Shown one piece after another: positions 27,018 through 35,954 of a stretch of 39,640 bases of DNA. Under the pieces are notes generated by a model. It saw only the letters and a program-made list of their open reading frames with translations, was not told the DNA's origin and searched no databases. Numbering within the stretch: position 1 is the first letter of the stretch; each line of letters opens with the position of its first letter. The stretch lies in the sequence record SRR31156797_6261. One strand, given 5' to 3'. The position numbers and the translations under genes were made by a program.

Positions 27018-28679
27018 CTATAAGGCTAATAAAACAATATCATAATCCGAGTTTAATCTCACCAAACCACCTTTAACCTTAACGACTTGTCCTGAGTAGT
27101 AATCAGTTAATTCAACGCCATCTTCAAAAACTCCCGACACTGAAACTTCTTTTTCTCCTTTAGCTAAATCCAAACCTACAACTATCTTATTCTCATAATC
27201 TTCAGCTTTATATTCACGCATAAAAATATAAGGTGAAGATGAAACTAGATGATGCCGCCCAGCACCAACTGCAGGATTATTTTTTCGGAACTTCCCTAAC
27301 TTTTGATAGTGATTCAATAAATCCTGTGTTGCCACACCATTAACAACCGTATTCTTAGCTATATCTTCCCAATTCATAAAGGAACGCAAATGAGCGTCTC
27401 CTTCTGTTCCATCAACTAATAATGGTCTGTTTAATTCATCTCCATAATATACTTGAGAAGCTCCAGGTGATAACAATAAAACATTGGCAGCTTTAATTGC
27501 TTTCTCCCTACTTACATCAAAAGAATGGCTATCATCATGAGAAGCTAAATAATTTAAAACCGACTTACCTTTTAAAGCACTATGCAATAAAGAATCATAT
27601 TTAGAAAAAATAAACTCATAATCTTTATCAGCATCCACCTTTAATTCAAAATTAATTAGTGCATGCATTCCATTATCGTAATAATCTACCTGCTTACCTC
27701 CATTATCGAACCACCTACCGGTTGAGATACCATAATTATAAACCTCCCCTACTGTATAAAATTTATTTTTATCGAGTACTTTTTCCGGATTGGCTTCTTT
27801 CCATTCTGCAAAAGCTTTTTCTGCTTCGGCATATAAAACTTTCCAAACCCCTTCTTCTGTGTGTTTGGCAGTATCAATTCTAAAGCCATCAATTCCGTAT
27901 TTTCGAACAAAATCTGTTAACCATTTAATGATGTAATACTTGGGTGCTCTTGGGTATCCGGTTGTTGCAAAAAACGAGTTTAAAGCATCCATCTCTTCTT
28001 CCAATCGCCCTTCTTTTGTCCATTTTTCAATTAAAACATCAGGTAAGTTAACCTCCTCTTCACTTTCCGTTTTAATATCCGGTAAATTTTCTACTAATGT
28101 ACATGTTACTGTTGATTCATACGTATCGTATTGGCACTTTGGTGAAGTCCTAACCCAATCGTTATTATATTGAGGATCGATATCAGTTACTGGACCTGTA
28201 TGATTAATCACCACATCCATAACTATACGAATTCCCTTGCTGTGAGCAGCTTCTACAAGGGTAGCAAAGTCCTCTTCAGTACCCCAGTTTGGTTCAATAC
28301 TAGTCCAATCTTTAATCCAGTATCCATGATATGCATACGTACTGCCCGTACCCTCATCTACACTTCCTTGCACCTGTTCGAAAACAGGAGAAAACCAAAG
28401 AGCATTAACTCCTAATTCACTAAAATAGCCGTCATTAATTTTTTGAGTAATACCTTTAAAATCGCCCCCCATAAAACCACGTAGCAAACCAGTTTCCTTG
28501 TTACGTTCAAAATTTAGATCATTTGATGGATCACCGTTGTTAAATCGGTCTGTTAAAAGAAAATACACATTGGCATTATCCCAGGTAAAGGGTGCCTCTT
28601 TTTTAGTTTGAATTGATTTTTGTTGTTGGCAACTTCCTAAAAAGAAAATCATTGCCAGAAATAGACTTAATCTGATCAT
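27018..28679 (-). CDS. GH13 alpha-amylase, lipoprotein
   Basis: LGS-C lipobox; YFLLTDRF, GGDFKG, YHGYW, DVVINH, GFRIDTAKH, GEV, SHDD catalytic regions. Confidence 0.92.
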   Translation of the reverse strand: MIRLSLFLAMIFFLGSCQQQKSIQTKKEAPFTWDNANVYFLLTDRFNNGDPSNDLNFERNKETGLLRGFMGGDFKGITQKINDGYFSELGVNALWFSPVFEQVQGSVDEGTGSTYAYHGYWIKDWTSIEPNWGTEEDFATLVEAAHSKGIRIVMDVVINHTGPVTDIDPQYNNDWVRTSPKCQYDTYESTVTCTLVENLPDIKTESEEEVNLPDVLIEKWTKEGRLEEEMDALNSFFATTGYPRAPKYYIIKWLTDFVRKYGIDGFRIDTAKHTEEGVWKVLYAEAEKAFAEWKEANPEKVLDKNKFYTVGEVYNYGISTGRWFDNGGKQVDYYDNGMHALINFELKVDADKDYEFIFSKYDSLLHSALKGKSVLNYLASHDDSHSFDVSREKAIKAANVLLLSPGASQVYYGDELNRPLLVDGTEGDAHLRSFMNWEDIAKNTVVNGVATQDLLNHYQKLGKFRKNNPAVGAGRHHLVSSSPYIFMREYKAEDYENKIVVGLDLAKGEKEVSVSGVFEDGVELTDYYSGQVVKVKGGLVRLNSDYDIVLLAL

Positions 28680-28709
28680 TTGGTAACTGTTTTTTTGATT
28701 TTAGTTATC

Positions 28710-28717
28710 CAAAGGTA
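28710..28717 (-). promoter_or_regulatory. -7 box for amylase
   Basis: Minus strand TACCTTTG (TAnnTTTG). Confidence 0.55.
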
Positions 28718-28787
28718 TGAATTAGAATGAGCTATCAAAACTCCAAAACCCATACCACCAAAGGCTCTCAGCTACATTTACCATATT

Positions 28788-28799
28788 GCAACCGTTTGC
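28788..28799. promoter_or_regulatory. LacI-family (MalR-like) operator upstream of amylase
   Basis: GCAACCGTTTGC, near-palindromic, LacI-type GCAAnCG..TTGC. Confidence 0.5.
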
Positions 28800-28915
28800 G
28801 ATTAGCTTGTTTTTTTTCAAAAAAAAATTCCTTTTGTATTACATTAAACTACAAAAGGAATTTTACTTAAACTATAATTAACACCAATGCTATTATGATA
28901 GAATCATTAACTCTT

Positions 28916-29362
28916 TTACTTAACTACGATTTTTAATTCATATGCTAAAGACTCTCCAATTAAATGCGTTATTCTTAAGTCACTTTTCTGTTTAGTCTCA
29001 TCCGCTTCTATTGGTTTTACCCATACATCAACTAAACCACAACCTTCATCGCACTCTAATAATAGTTTTCTTTTCCAAGATTTACCATTTAAAGAAATCA
29101 TTAGATCATCAGAACTCTGTATTGATAATGGTTTATTTACCTGAAGATAACTTAAAGTATAAATCGTAAAATTTGAATCTGATAAAACAACTTCATCATG
29201 AAGCTTATTTGACAAAACAACTCCTTCAATTACAGCCTCTTTAGGCTTATCCATTGAGACTTTATCTGCAGCATAATGTTGTTGTATTAGAAGAATAGCA
29301 AATACAGAAATCAACAATAAGCTTATTACATTTTTCAGGGGAACATTCTTTAATCTTTTCAT
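28916..29362 (-). CDS. Hypothetical exported or membrane-anchored protein
   Basis: 148-aa ORF with N-terminal hydrophobic helix, divergent from blaI; no recognised motif. Confidence 0.55.
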   Translation of the reverse strand: MKRLKNVPLKNVISLLLISVFAILLIQQHYAADKVSMDKPKEAVIEGVVLSNKLHDEVVLSDSNFTIYTLSYLQVNKPLSIQSSDDLMISLNGKSWKRKLLLECDEGCGLVDVWVKPIEADETKQKSDLRITHLIGESLAYELKIVVK

Positions 29363-29568
29363 AGTACCTGTATTAAACTTGGTTAAAAAAATAAGTATCT
29401 ACATCTAAATACAATATCATTGAATAAGGTACAACGAAAATCTGAAAGTACAAATAGTTCTATTTATAAAATCATTTTTTAGCAAAACCCTTTAAGTAAA
29501 CATATTCAATTACTTAAAACCTTTCTTCCTTCAAAACAATTAAAAAAAACAGGTTACACTCTTGCTAT

Positions 29569-29608
29569 TACGACAAATGTCGTATATATTTGTACGACAA
29601 GAGTCGTA
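29569..29608 (+). promoter_or_regulatory. Two BlaI-type operators flanking the -7 promoter box
   Basis: TACGACAAATGTCGTA (29569-29584), TATATTTG (29585-29592), TACGACAAGAGTCGTA (29593-29608). Confidence 0.8.
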
Positions 29609-29623
29609 TTAAATAGTATCACT

Positions 29624-30010
29624 ATGGAAAAGATTACACCTACCGGAGCTGAACTAGAAATCTTAAATATTCTTTGGCAAAAAGAACCTTTAACTGTAAA
29701 AGAGATTCATGAAAGAATATGTAAGAATAAAGATGTTGGCTACACCACTACCCTAAAAATCATGCAAAAGATGACAGCTAAAGGTTTATTAAATCGTAAA
29801 CCGAATGGGAAAAGCCATCTTTATTTTAGCAACTATAATAAAGAAGAAACCAGAGGCCGCTTATTAGAACGTTTTGTCGATTCGGCTTTTGCAGGTTCCG
29901 CATCTTCACTAGTAATGCAATTACTTGGAAATAAAAAAACTTCAAAAGCGGAGTTAGATGAGATAAAACAAATTATTTCTCAAATGGAGAATAATGCTTC
30001 TAAAGACTGA
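29624..30010 (+). CDS. blaI: BlaI/MecI/CopY family transcriptional repressor
   Basis: PTGAELEILNILW, GYTTTLKIMQKM..KGLL, F.GSASSLVMQLLG, ELDEIK. Confidence 0.92.
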   Translation: MEKITPTGAELEILNILWQKEPLTVKEIHERICKNKDVGYTTTLKIMQKMTAKGLLNRKPNGKSHLYFSNYNKEETRGRLLERFVDSAFAGSASSLVMQLLGNKKTSKAELDEIKQIISQMENNASKD

Positions 30011-30036
30011 TAATCTAATCTTTAAAACCTAAAAAC

Positions 30037-31911
30037 ATGAAAACAATTCAAAGTATTTTCTCACCCGAAATAACGGAGGCTTTAGGCTGGACTTTTATCC
30101 ATGCGCTTTGGCAAGGAGTTGTAGTACTTATCGGACTACTCATTTTATTAACACTCCTGAACAAATACAGCTCTCAGGTTCGATACTTTATATCCTACAC
30201 TGCACTCATCATTATGCTAGGCTGGTCGGCTTCAACCTTTACCAATGCATACAGTTATGCTGTTGAAAAACAAAACCTAAAAACTCAACTGATACAGCAA
30301 AACCAATATATTTCAAGACTGGCACAAGATTTACCTGAATCGGAACAAGCAAACAACACATTTACCATCGACATTAAAAATGTTAAGGTACGAGCCTGGT
30401 TTCAAAGACATTTTCCAATATTCTTAAGCATTTGGCTGATTGGAATTGGATTATTTACAGCTCGCCTTTTAGGAGGATTAGCCTACAACAGAAAACTCAG
30501 AGCTCTTCAGCTATTACCTTTTGAAGAAAAGTGGATGGATAAACTAAAGAGTTTTACAGAACAATTGAATATTAAACGAAAGGTTAAAGCATATCGATCT
30601 CCACATACTACAACACCTTTAACTCTTGGCTTTTTAAAACCTATAATTCTTTTTCCGGTAAAGGCTTTTTCGGGTTTAAGTGAAAAGGAAATTGAAGCCA
30701 TTATTGCTCATGAACTGGCACATATTGTTCGTAATGACTATTTTTTTAATATCGTTCAGTCCATTATAGAGATCATCTTTTTTTACCATCCTGCAGTTTG
30801 GATTATATCAAAACACATTAAAATAGAGCGTGAGCACAGTTGCGATGATATTGCCATTAATTTAACAGGCGATGAAGTTACCTACGCCAAAGCATTAACA
30901 CATGCCCATATATTTAGTTATCAACAAGAAAATTTATCCATGGCATTTGCCCGCAAAAAAGGCAGCTTGCTGGAAAGAATAAAACGTATCCAAAAACAAA
31001 GAGTTATGAAAGCAAATACATTTGAAGGCCTTGTAGCTGCCTGCATTATCATTAGCAGTATATTTCTGGTTTCCTTTTCTGTAGGAAATCAATTTAGCGA
31101 ACCCATATATCAAGATTCCGGTTCCGAAAAAGCAAGCAAACCCAACTCTCCTACAAAAGATCAAAAACCTAAAAATATAAAGCTTATAAAAGCTAAAAAA
31201 GATAGTATTTTAATAGAGGTAGAAAAAAACATTGCTGTAGCTGAAAAAAATAAAGAATTATCCGAAGAGTTGGAACAAGCTATAGAAATTGCCCTATCAG
31301 AAGCTAATACTGAAATGGCTGCAGAAATTATGGAAGAAGTTAATCTTGCATTAAAGGAGATAAACTATGGAGAAATGATTAATACCGCTTTCAAATCTGC
31401 ACAAATGGGAATTGATTCTGCCTTAATTGAAATCAATAACGATTCTATTCAGGCTGAAATAAGAGCTGGTTTGCAAGAGGCTCGAAAGGAAATTAGAAAA
31501 GCCATGAAGGAGCATAAAAAAGAAATGAAGGATTTAAAAGAGGTGGATGAAATAACCGAATTATCTCTGGAAGCTGCTCAATCGGGAATAGAAATTGCCT
31601 CTTCTGTTTTAGAAAGTCTGGATATCGAATCAATTATTGAAACTTCTATGGAAGCCGCGAATGTAGCTATAAAAATAGCCTCTAAAGAAATGGAATCTCT
31701 CAACATTGACTCCTTAGTGGAAGCCGAAATGAGAAATGTAGAAATTGATAAAAAGGAAATTGAAATTCATAAACAAGAATTAAAAGATCACAAAGAAGAA
31801 CTGAAGAAAGAAAACAAAGAACTGCGCAAAGAAATGGAAAAACTGCGCAAGGAAATGGAAGAAATGAAAGCAGAACTAAAAAAACAGCTAAAAGAAGTTG
31901 AACAAGAATAA
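30037..31911 (+). CDS. M56 (BlaR1-type) metallopeptidase with acidic helical/coiled-coil C-terminal domain
   Basis: LGWTFIHALWQG, HELAHIVRND (HExxH), FFYHPAVW, EREHSCDD, LLERIKRI. Confidence 0.9.
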   Translation: MKTIQSIFSPEITEALGWTFIHALWQGVVVLIGLLILLTLLNKYSSQVRYFISYTALIIMLGWSASTFTNAYSYAVEKQNLKTQLIQQNQYISRLAQDLPESEQANNTFTIDIKNVKVRAWFQRHFPIFLSIWLIGIGLFTARLLGGLAYNRKLRALQLLPFEEKWMDKLKSFTEQLNIKRKVKAYRSPHTTTPLTLGFLKPIILFPVKAFSGLSEKEIEAIIAHELAHIVRNDYFFNIVQSIIEIIFFYHPAVWIISKHIKIEREHSCDDIAINLTGDEVTYAKALTHAHIFSYQQENLSMAFARKKGSLLERIKRIQKQRVMKANTFEGLVAACIIISSIFLVSFSVGNQFSEPIYQDSGSEKASKPNSPTKDQKPKNIKLIKAKKDSILIEVEKNIAVAEKNKELSEELEQAIEIALSEANTEMAAEIMEEVNLALKEINYGEMINTAFKSAQMGIDSALIEINNDSIQAEIRAGLQEARKEIRKAMKEHKKEMKDLKEVDEITELSLEAAQSGIEIASSVLESLDIESIIETSMEAANVAIKIASKEMESLNIDSLVEAEMRNVEIDKKEIEIHKQELKDHKEELKKENKELRKEMEKLRKEMEEMKAELKKQLKEVEQE

Positions 31912-31920
31912 CCTTACTAG

Positions 31921-31965
31921 AAAGACCAAAATTAAGCCAGTTATTTCGCTCAATTTTGGTCTTTT
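31921..31965. terminator. Bidirectional terminator
   Basis: AAAGACCAAAATT / AATTTTGGTCTTT between convergent genes. Confidence 0.65.
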
Positions 31966-31981
31966 ATATCTATAAAATATT

Positions 31982-32614
31982 CTACTCTTTTGAATTAAGC
32001 AGATTCTGAAATTTATCAAGAAAATACCCTACATGCCATCCATCCATTAAAGCATGATGCACATTAATAGCGACCGGCATTTTCAGAACTCCTTTATCGT
32101 CGACTGCTTTGCCAAAAGATATTTTTGGGATACTATCGGAAAACTTATAGCTGCGGGCATGTGTTAGACCAGTAAAATTAACCCAGGGCAAGGTCGAATA
32201 ATGAATGACATCCAGCCTCCCGGTATCTTCATTCAATCCAAGTCCAGATGATTTTTTTACACTTTCCGAAGCCCTTTTAATATTAGCTTCAAAAATTGAG
32301 AATTCAGCATTGTATTCAGCAAAAGTAAACCCAAAAGTTTCGTCATCCCGTAAAGTAGTACCTGCAAAATGCACCTGATCATAAACAACAGGTTGACTAT
32401 TAACAATCCTGGTTTTGAACTCTGGAATTTCGTTAACCACCTTTAAGGATTGATACATATACCAAGCATAAAAAGAAATCCCATTTTCTTTTACATATCG
32501 ATAAGCCTGTGTACAATCCACATCAGCAACAATACCAAAAAATGGTTCTTCAAATTGAGAATAAAACTCAAAATGTTCTTTACGTTTCCAGGTGCTCAAA
32601 TCTATTTGCTGCAT
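31982..32614 (-). CDS. cat: Type A chloramphenicol acetyltransferase-like protein
   Basis: W.RKEHFEFY, STLPWVNFT, PKISFGK, VHHALMDGWHV catalytic His motif; TACATTTG box at 32641-32648 (minus). Confidence 0.85.
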   Translation of the reverse strand: MQQIDLSTWKRKEHFEFYSQFEEPFFGIVADVDCTQAYRYVKENGISFYAWYMYQSLKVVNEIPEFKTRIVNSQPVVYDQVHFAGTTLRDDETFGFTFAEYNAEFSIFEANIKRASESVKKSSGLGLNEDTGRLDVIHYSTLPWVNFTGLTHARSYKFSDSIPKISFGKAVDDKGVLKMPVAINVHHALMDGWHVGYFLDKFQNLLNSKE

Positions 32615-32714
32615 AATAATTCCTTTTTAAACAGTTGCAACAAATGTATGTCTACCATTCTTCTGATACAAGCTTAATCATGCTAATTGCGAACAGCCAT
32701 TAGTTTAACAACTA

Positions 32715-32753
32715 AAAAAGATCCTCATATCATTAAACAATGAGGATCTTTTT
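32715..32753 (-). terminator. Terminator after second M56 gene
   Basis: AAAAAGATCCTCAT / ATGAGGATCTTTTT 14-bp inverted repeat. Confidence 0.75.
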
Positions 32754-32776
32754 CTATATGCATAATGCTTTCAATA

Positions 32777-34360
32777 TCACTTTTTTGTTTCAATAACGAT
32801 AACCCCATTTATTCCTTTATCTCCATAAAGCTTTTGGGCAGATTCATCTTTCAAAACACTAATTGATTCAATTTTTTCAGGAGCTAAAGCATCTAATTGT
32901 TCTTTAGTAATTTCCTTTCCATCCAGCATAATTATCGGATTGGCACTACATTTTTGTGTCACACTTGAAATTGAAGATTCTTTATCATTTTCACTAAGCG
33001 CTTTTACAATAATCACCTCATCTTTGCCTTTATATCCATGTTTGACTACAGACTTATCTGTTTTAATTACCTCAACAGTCTTAATCACATCCTTATCCAA
33101 CGCCTCCAAATCTTCAATGGATTTTTCTTCTCCGTTAATAATAACAAGCACCTCTTCATCATCCATGCTTGAATGATCAACTTTAATCCTAATAGAATCT
33201 TTTACCGACTTCATTGAGCCGGAACTAACCACCACTACTTTTACAGAATCTTTTGCTTCACTTGATAAAACAACATGCCTCCCCTTATCATCTTTTTCAC
33301 TTTTATCTATTACAACAACCTTGGTTTTCTTTTCACCTGTATCAACTGTAACATCACCATACAATTGAATTTCATCACTATTTTCATCCACGATAATGCT
33401 ATCAGTTGCCGTATAGTTATACTTAATTGACCTCGTGGCTTTATCTTTCTTATCCTTTTTACTAACCTGTTGTAATTGGGGATTTGTAAAAGCTAATAAG
33501 CCTATAAACAATAAAACCAGAACCGGTAGGAACTTTATTTTGGTATAAATATGATTTGATTTATTTTTATTCATCATTACAATTCTCTTTTTAGTTAAAC
33601 TTCCACTAAAACTATTCACTAATTGCAAACGAGAATTAACTCCAACTAAATCAACCAACAAATATTGATATTGTCTTGGCTGGATATCCTTTTTAAGCAT
33701 GTTGCTGTCAACAATATATTCATGGTTTTGAGCAATAAGCTTTTTTAACCACCATGCAAAAGGATTCCACCACTGCAAAAGCAATACTATTTCAGCTAAT
33801 AAAATATCAATGGAGTGCAACTGTTTACAATGCAAGGCTTCATGATCCAAAATCATTTTAGAATCTTTATGATTCTCGATTTTCTTTGGAGCATAAATGG
33901 TACGCAAAAACGAAAAAGGTGTTATATGATCTTCTTTAAGCAAACAGAGTCCAAAACCTCGGTAATCTTTTTTTGTAGATCGTTGAGATATTCTGACTAT
34001 GGCAAAAAGGCTTATAACAATTCTCAGAAACATTAAGAGCGATAAAACTCCAAAGGATATTAAACCTATCTGAACCCAGTCAATACCTTTATCTACAACC
34101 ATAAAATTAACCTTTTCGGTAATATTTATAGTTTCTTTAGATAAAGAGATAGGTACTTCAGGCTCCTTATCCAGGAAAAATCTTTTTAAAGCTTCAGGCA
34201 TGGCTATCAACGGTACTATCCATGGTACAAATAAACACCCCAGTAACCATACCCTGTTTCTAACAAATGCTTTGTCGTTTGATAAAAACAAATAGAAAAA
34301 TAAAACTCCTAATGCCAGAGCTCCAGCTGCTTTTAATTGAAAATCAAATAACGATATCAT
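32777..34360 (-). CDS. M56 (BlaR1-type) metallopeptidase with C-terminal TonB-receptor plug-like modules
   Basis: PFSF, HEALHCKQLHSID, QWWNPFAW, NHEYIVD, KKRIVMM; C-terminal IESISVLKD..YGDKGINGVIVIETKK. Confidence 0.88.
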   Translation of the reverse strand: MISLFDFQLKAAGALALGVLFFYLFLSNDKAFVRNRVWLLGCLFVPWIVPLIAMPEALKRFFLDKEPEVPISLSKETINITEKVNFMVVDKGIDWVQIGLISFGVLSLLMFLRIVISLFAIVRISQRSTKKDYRGFGLCLLKEDHITPFSFLRTIYAPKKIENHKDSKMILDHEALHCKQLHSIDILLAEIVLLLQWWNPFAWWLKKLIAQNHEYIVDSNMLKKDIQPRQYQYLLVDLVGVNSRLQLVNSFSGSLTKKRIVMMNKNKSNHIYTKIKFLPVLVLLFIGLLAFTNPQLQQVSKKDKKDKATRSIKYNYTATDSIIVDENSDEIQLYGDVTVDTGEKKTKVVVIDKSEKDDKGRHVVLSSEAKDSVKVVVVSSGSMKSVKDSIRIKVDHSSMDDEEVLVIINGEEKSIEDLEALDKDVIKTVEVIKTDKSVVKHGYKGKDEVIIVKALSENDKESSISSVTQKCSANPIIMLDGKEITKEQLDALAPEKIESISVLKDESAQKLYGDKGINGVIVIETKK

Positions 34361-34731
34361 TCTTTTTCCTTTTTCTTTTCAATAATGTCTATCAGCTCTT
34401 TAAGATCTTCCAATTTTAATTTCTCTTCTTTTACAAAAAAAGAAACCACATTTTTATAAGAAGATTCAAAGTAATCTGAAACCACATTTTTAACAAACAA
34501 TTTTCGATACTCTTCTTTTGAAACGACAGGAAAATACTCATGGGTATTTCCATAAGATTTATGCGAAACATATCCTTTATCCTCTAATCCGCGAATTATT
34601 GTACTAAAGGTATTGTAATGCGGTTTAGGACTGGGATGTTCTTTTAGAAGGTCTTTCACAAAACCTTTTCCCATTTTCCAAAGAATCTTCATCACATCTT
34701 CTTCTCGTTTCGTAAGTTTATTTAATTGCAT
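34357..34731 (-). CDS. blaI: BlaI/MecI/CopY family transcriptional repressor
   Basis: LTKREEDVMKILW, PHYNTFSTIIRGLEDKGYV, YFESSYKNVVSFFV; 4-bp overlap with M56 gene. Confidence 0.92.
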   Translation of the reverse strand: MQLNKLTKREEDVMKILWKMGKGFVKDLLKEHPSPKPHYNTFSTIIRGLEDKGYVSHKSYGNTHEYFPVVSKEEYRKLFVKNVVSDYFESSYKNVVSFFVKEEKLKLEDLKELIDIIEKKKEKE

Positions 34732-34769
34732 TTTAATGATTTATTGTACCATGAATTTTGTTGACAAAA

Positions 34770-34832
34770 CAAATATAACTATTTTCTTCGTTCTGTAACT
34801 ATTTTTTTAGTTATTAAACGAAAATTATAGTT
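34770..34832 (-). promoter_or_regulatory. -7 box plus three phased BlaI-type operators
   Basis: TATATTTG (minus, 34770-34777); AAC[T/G]A-N6-T[A/C]GTT boxes at 34777, 34797 and 34817 (20-bp period). Confidence 0.8.
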
Positions 34833-34936
34833 GACCAAATAACTATATTAAATTTACTAATGGTGAATTATTATATTTGCAGCCCTTGTTATTAAATCTA
34901 TCCTTTAATGTAAAAGTTGATAAGTAGTTTCTATAT

Positions 34937-35917
34937 ATGAATAAACATTTTAAAGATATTACCCTAAAAGCCACTAATGCCATTGACCTAAGTATTCTGG
35001 AAGAAATTCAAAGTTTATGGAGTGGATACGGAAGCATTGTCCGAATTAAGTTAGAAGGCAGCTTAACCTCAAGCGTAGTAGCCAAACATGTTAAAATGCC
35101 CGATCAAAAAAATCACCCAAGAGGATGGAATACCGATTTTTCTCACCAACGCAAAGTGAGATCCTACGAAGTTGAAACTGCCTGGTATAAAAACTATGCT
35201 CATTTATGCGACGAAAGTTGTAAAGTTCCGGATTGTTTAGCTATCGAATCTAAAAACAAGGAAGTTTTTATGGTCTTGGAAGATTTGGATGCAAATGGTT
35301 TTGGAGGAAGATTAGGCTCTGTATCGTGGCAAGAGATTAAAACCTGCTTAAAATGGCTGGCCAATTTTCATGCAACATTTTTGAATGTAAATCCTAAGGA
35401 CTTATGGCCTGTTGGTACCTATTGGCATCTGGAAACAAGACCCGATGAATTAAAAATAATGGATGATGTTGAATTAAAAAAGGCGGCTCCGCAAATTGAC
35501 AGCATACTCAATAATGCGCAATACTTAACCTTTGTTCATGGAGATGCTAAACTGGCTAATTTTTGCTTTTCACCTGATGGTAAAAATGTGGCTGCAGTTG
35601 ATTTTCAATACATAGGAGGAGGATGTGGAATGAAGGATGTGGCTTATTTTATTGGAAGCTGCCTTTACGAGGATGATTGTGAGCGACTGGAACAAGATGT
35701 ACTTAATTATTATTTTAAAGAGTTAGAAATCGCCTTAGACAAAAGAAATACAAAGGTTAATTTTGAAGATTTGGAGACAGAATGGCGTAAACTATACCCT
35801 TTTGCCTGGACCGATTTTCATCGCTTCTTAAAAGGATGGAGTCCTGACCATTGGAAAATTAACAGCTACAGTGAAAGAATGGCCCGTCAGGTTATCGCAC
35901 AACTAAAATCAAAATAA
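34937..35917 (+). CDS. APH/choline kinase-like phosphotransferase (ecdysteroid kinase-like)
   Basis: SLWSGYG loop, [17 protein letters not shown] catalytic loop, VDFQY; TATATTTG box at 34872-34879. Confidence 0.85.
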   Translation: MNKHFKDITLKATNAIDLSILEEIQSLWSGYGSIVRIKLEGSLTSSVVAKHVKMPDQKNHPRGWNTDFSHQRKVRSYEVETAWYKNYAHLCDESCKVPDCLAIESKNKEVFMVLEDLDANGFGGRLGSVSWQEIKTCLKWLANFHATFLNVNPKDLWPVGTYWHLETRPDELKIMDDVELKKAAPQIDSILNNAQYLTFVHGDAKLANFCFSPDGKNVAAVDFQYIGGGCGMKDVAYFIGSCLYEDDCERLEQDVLNYYFKELEIALDKRNTKVNFEDLETEWRKLYPFAWTDFHRFLKGWSPDHWKINSYSERMARQVIAQLKSK

Positions 35918-35954
35918 AGATCATCTTAATTAGAGTATAAGTAAACGACACAAA

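Noticed and set aside
31982-32614. cat as an acquired mobile resistance gene
   Set aside because: No IS, integron or composition shift nearby, and it has a native-type promoter. Activity on chloramphenicol is unproven.
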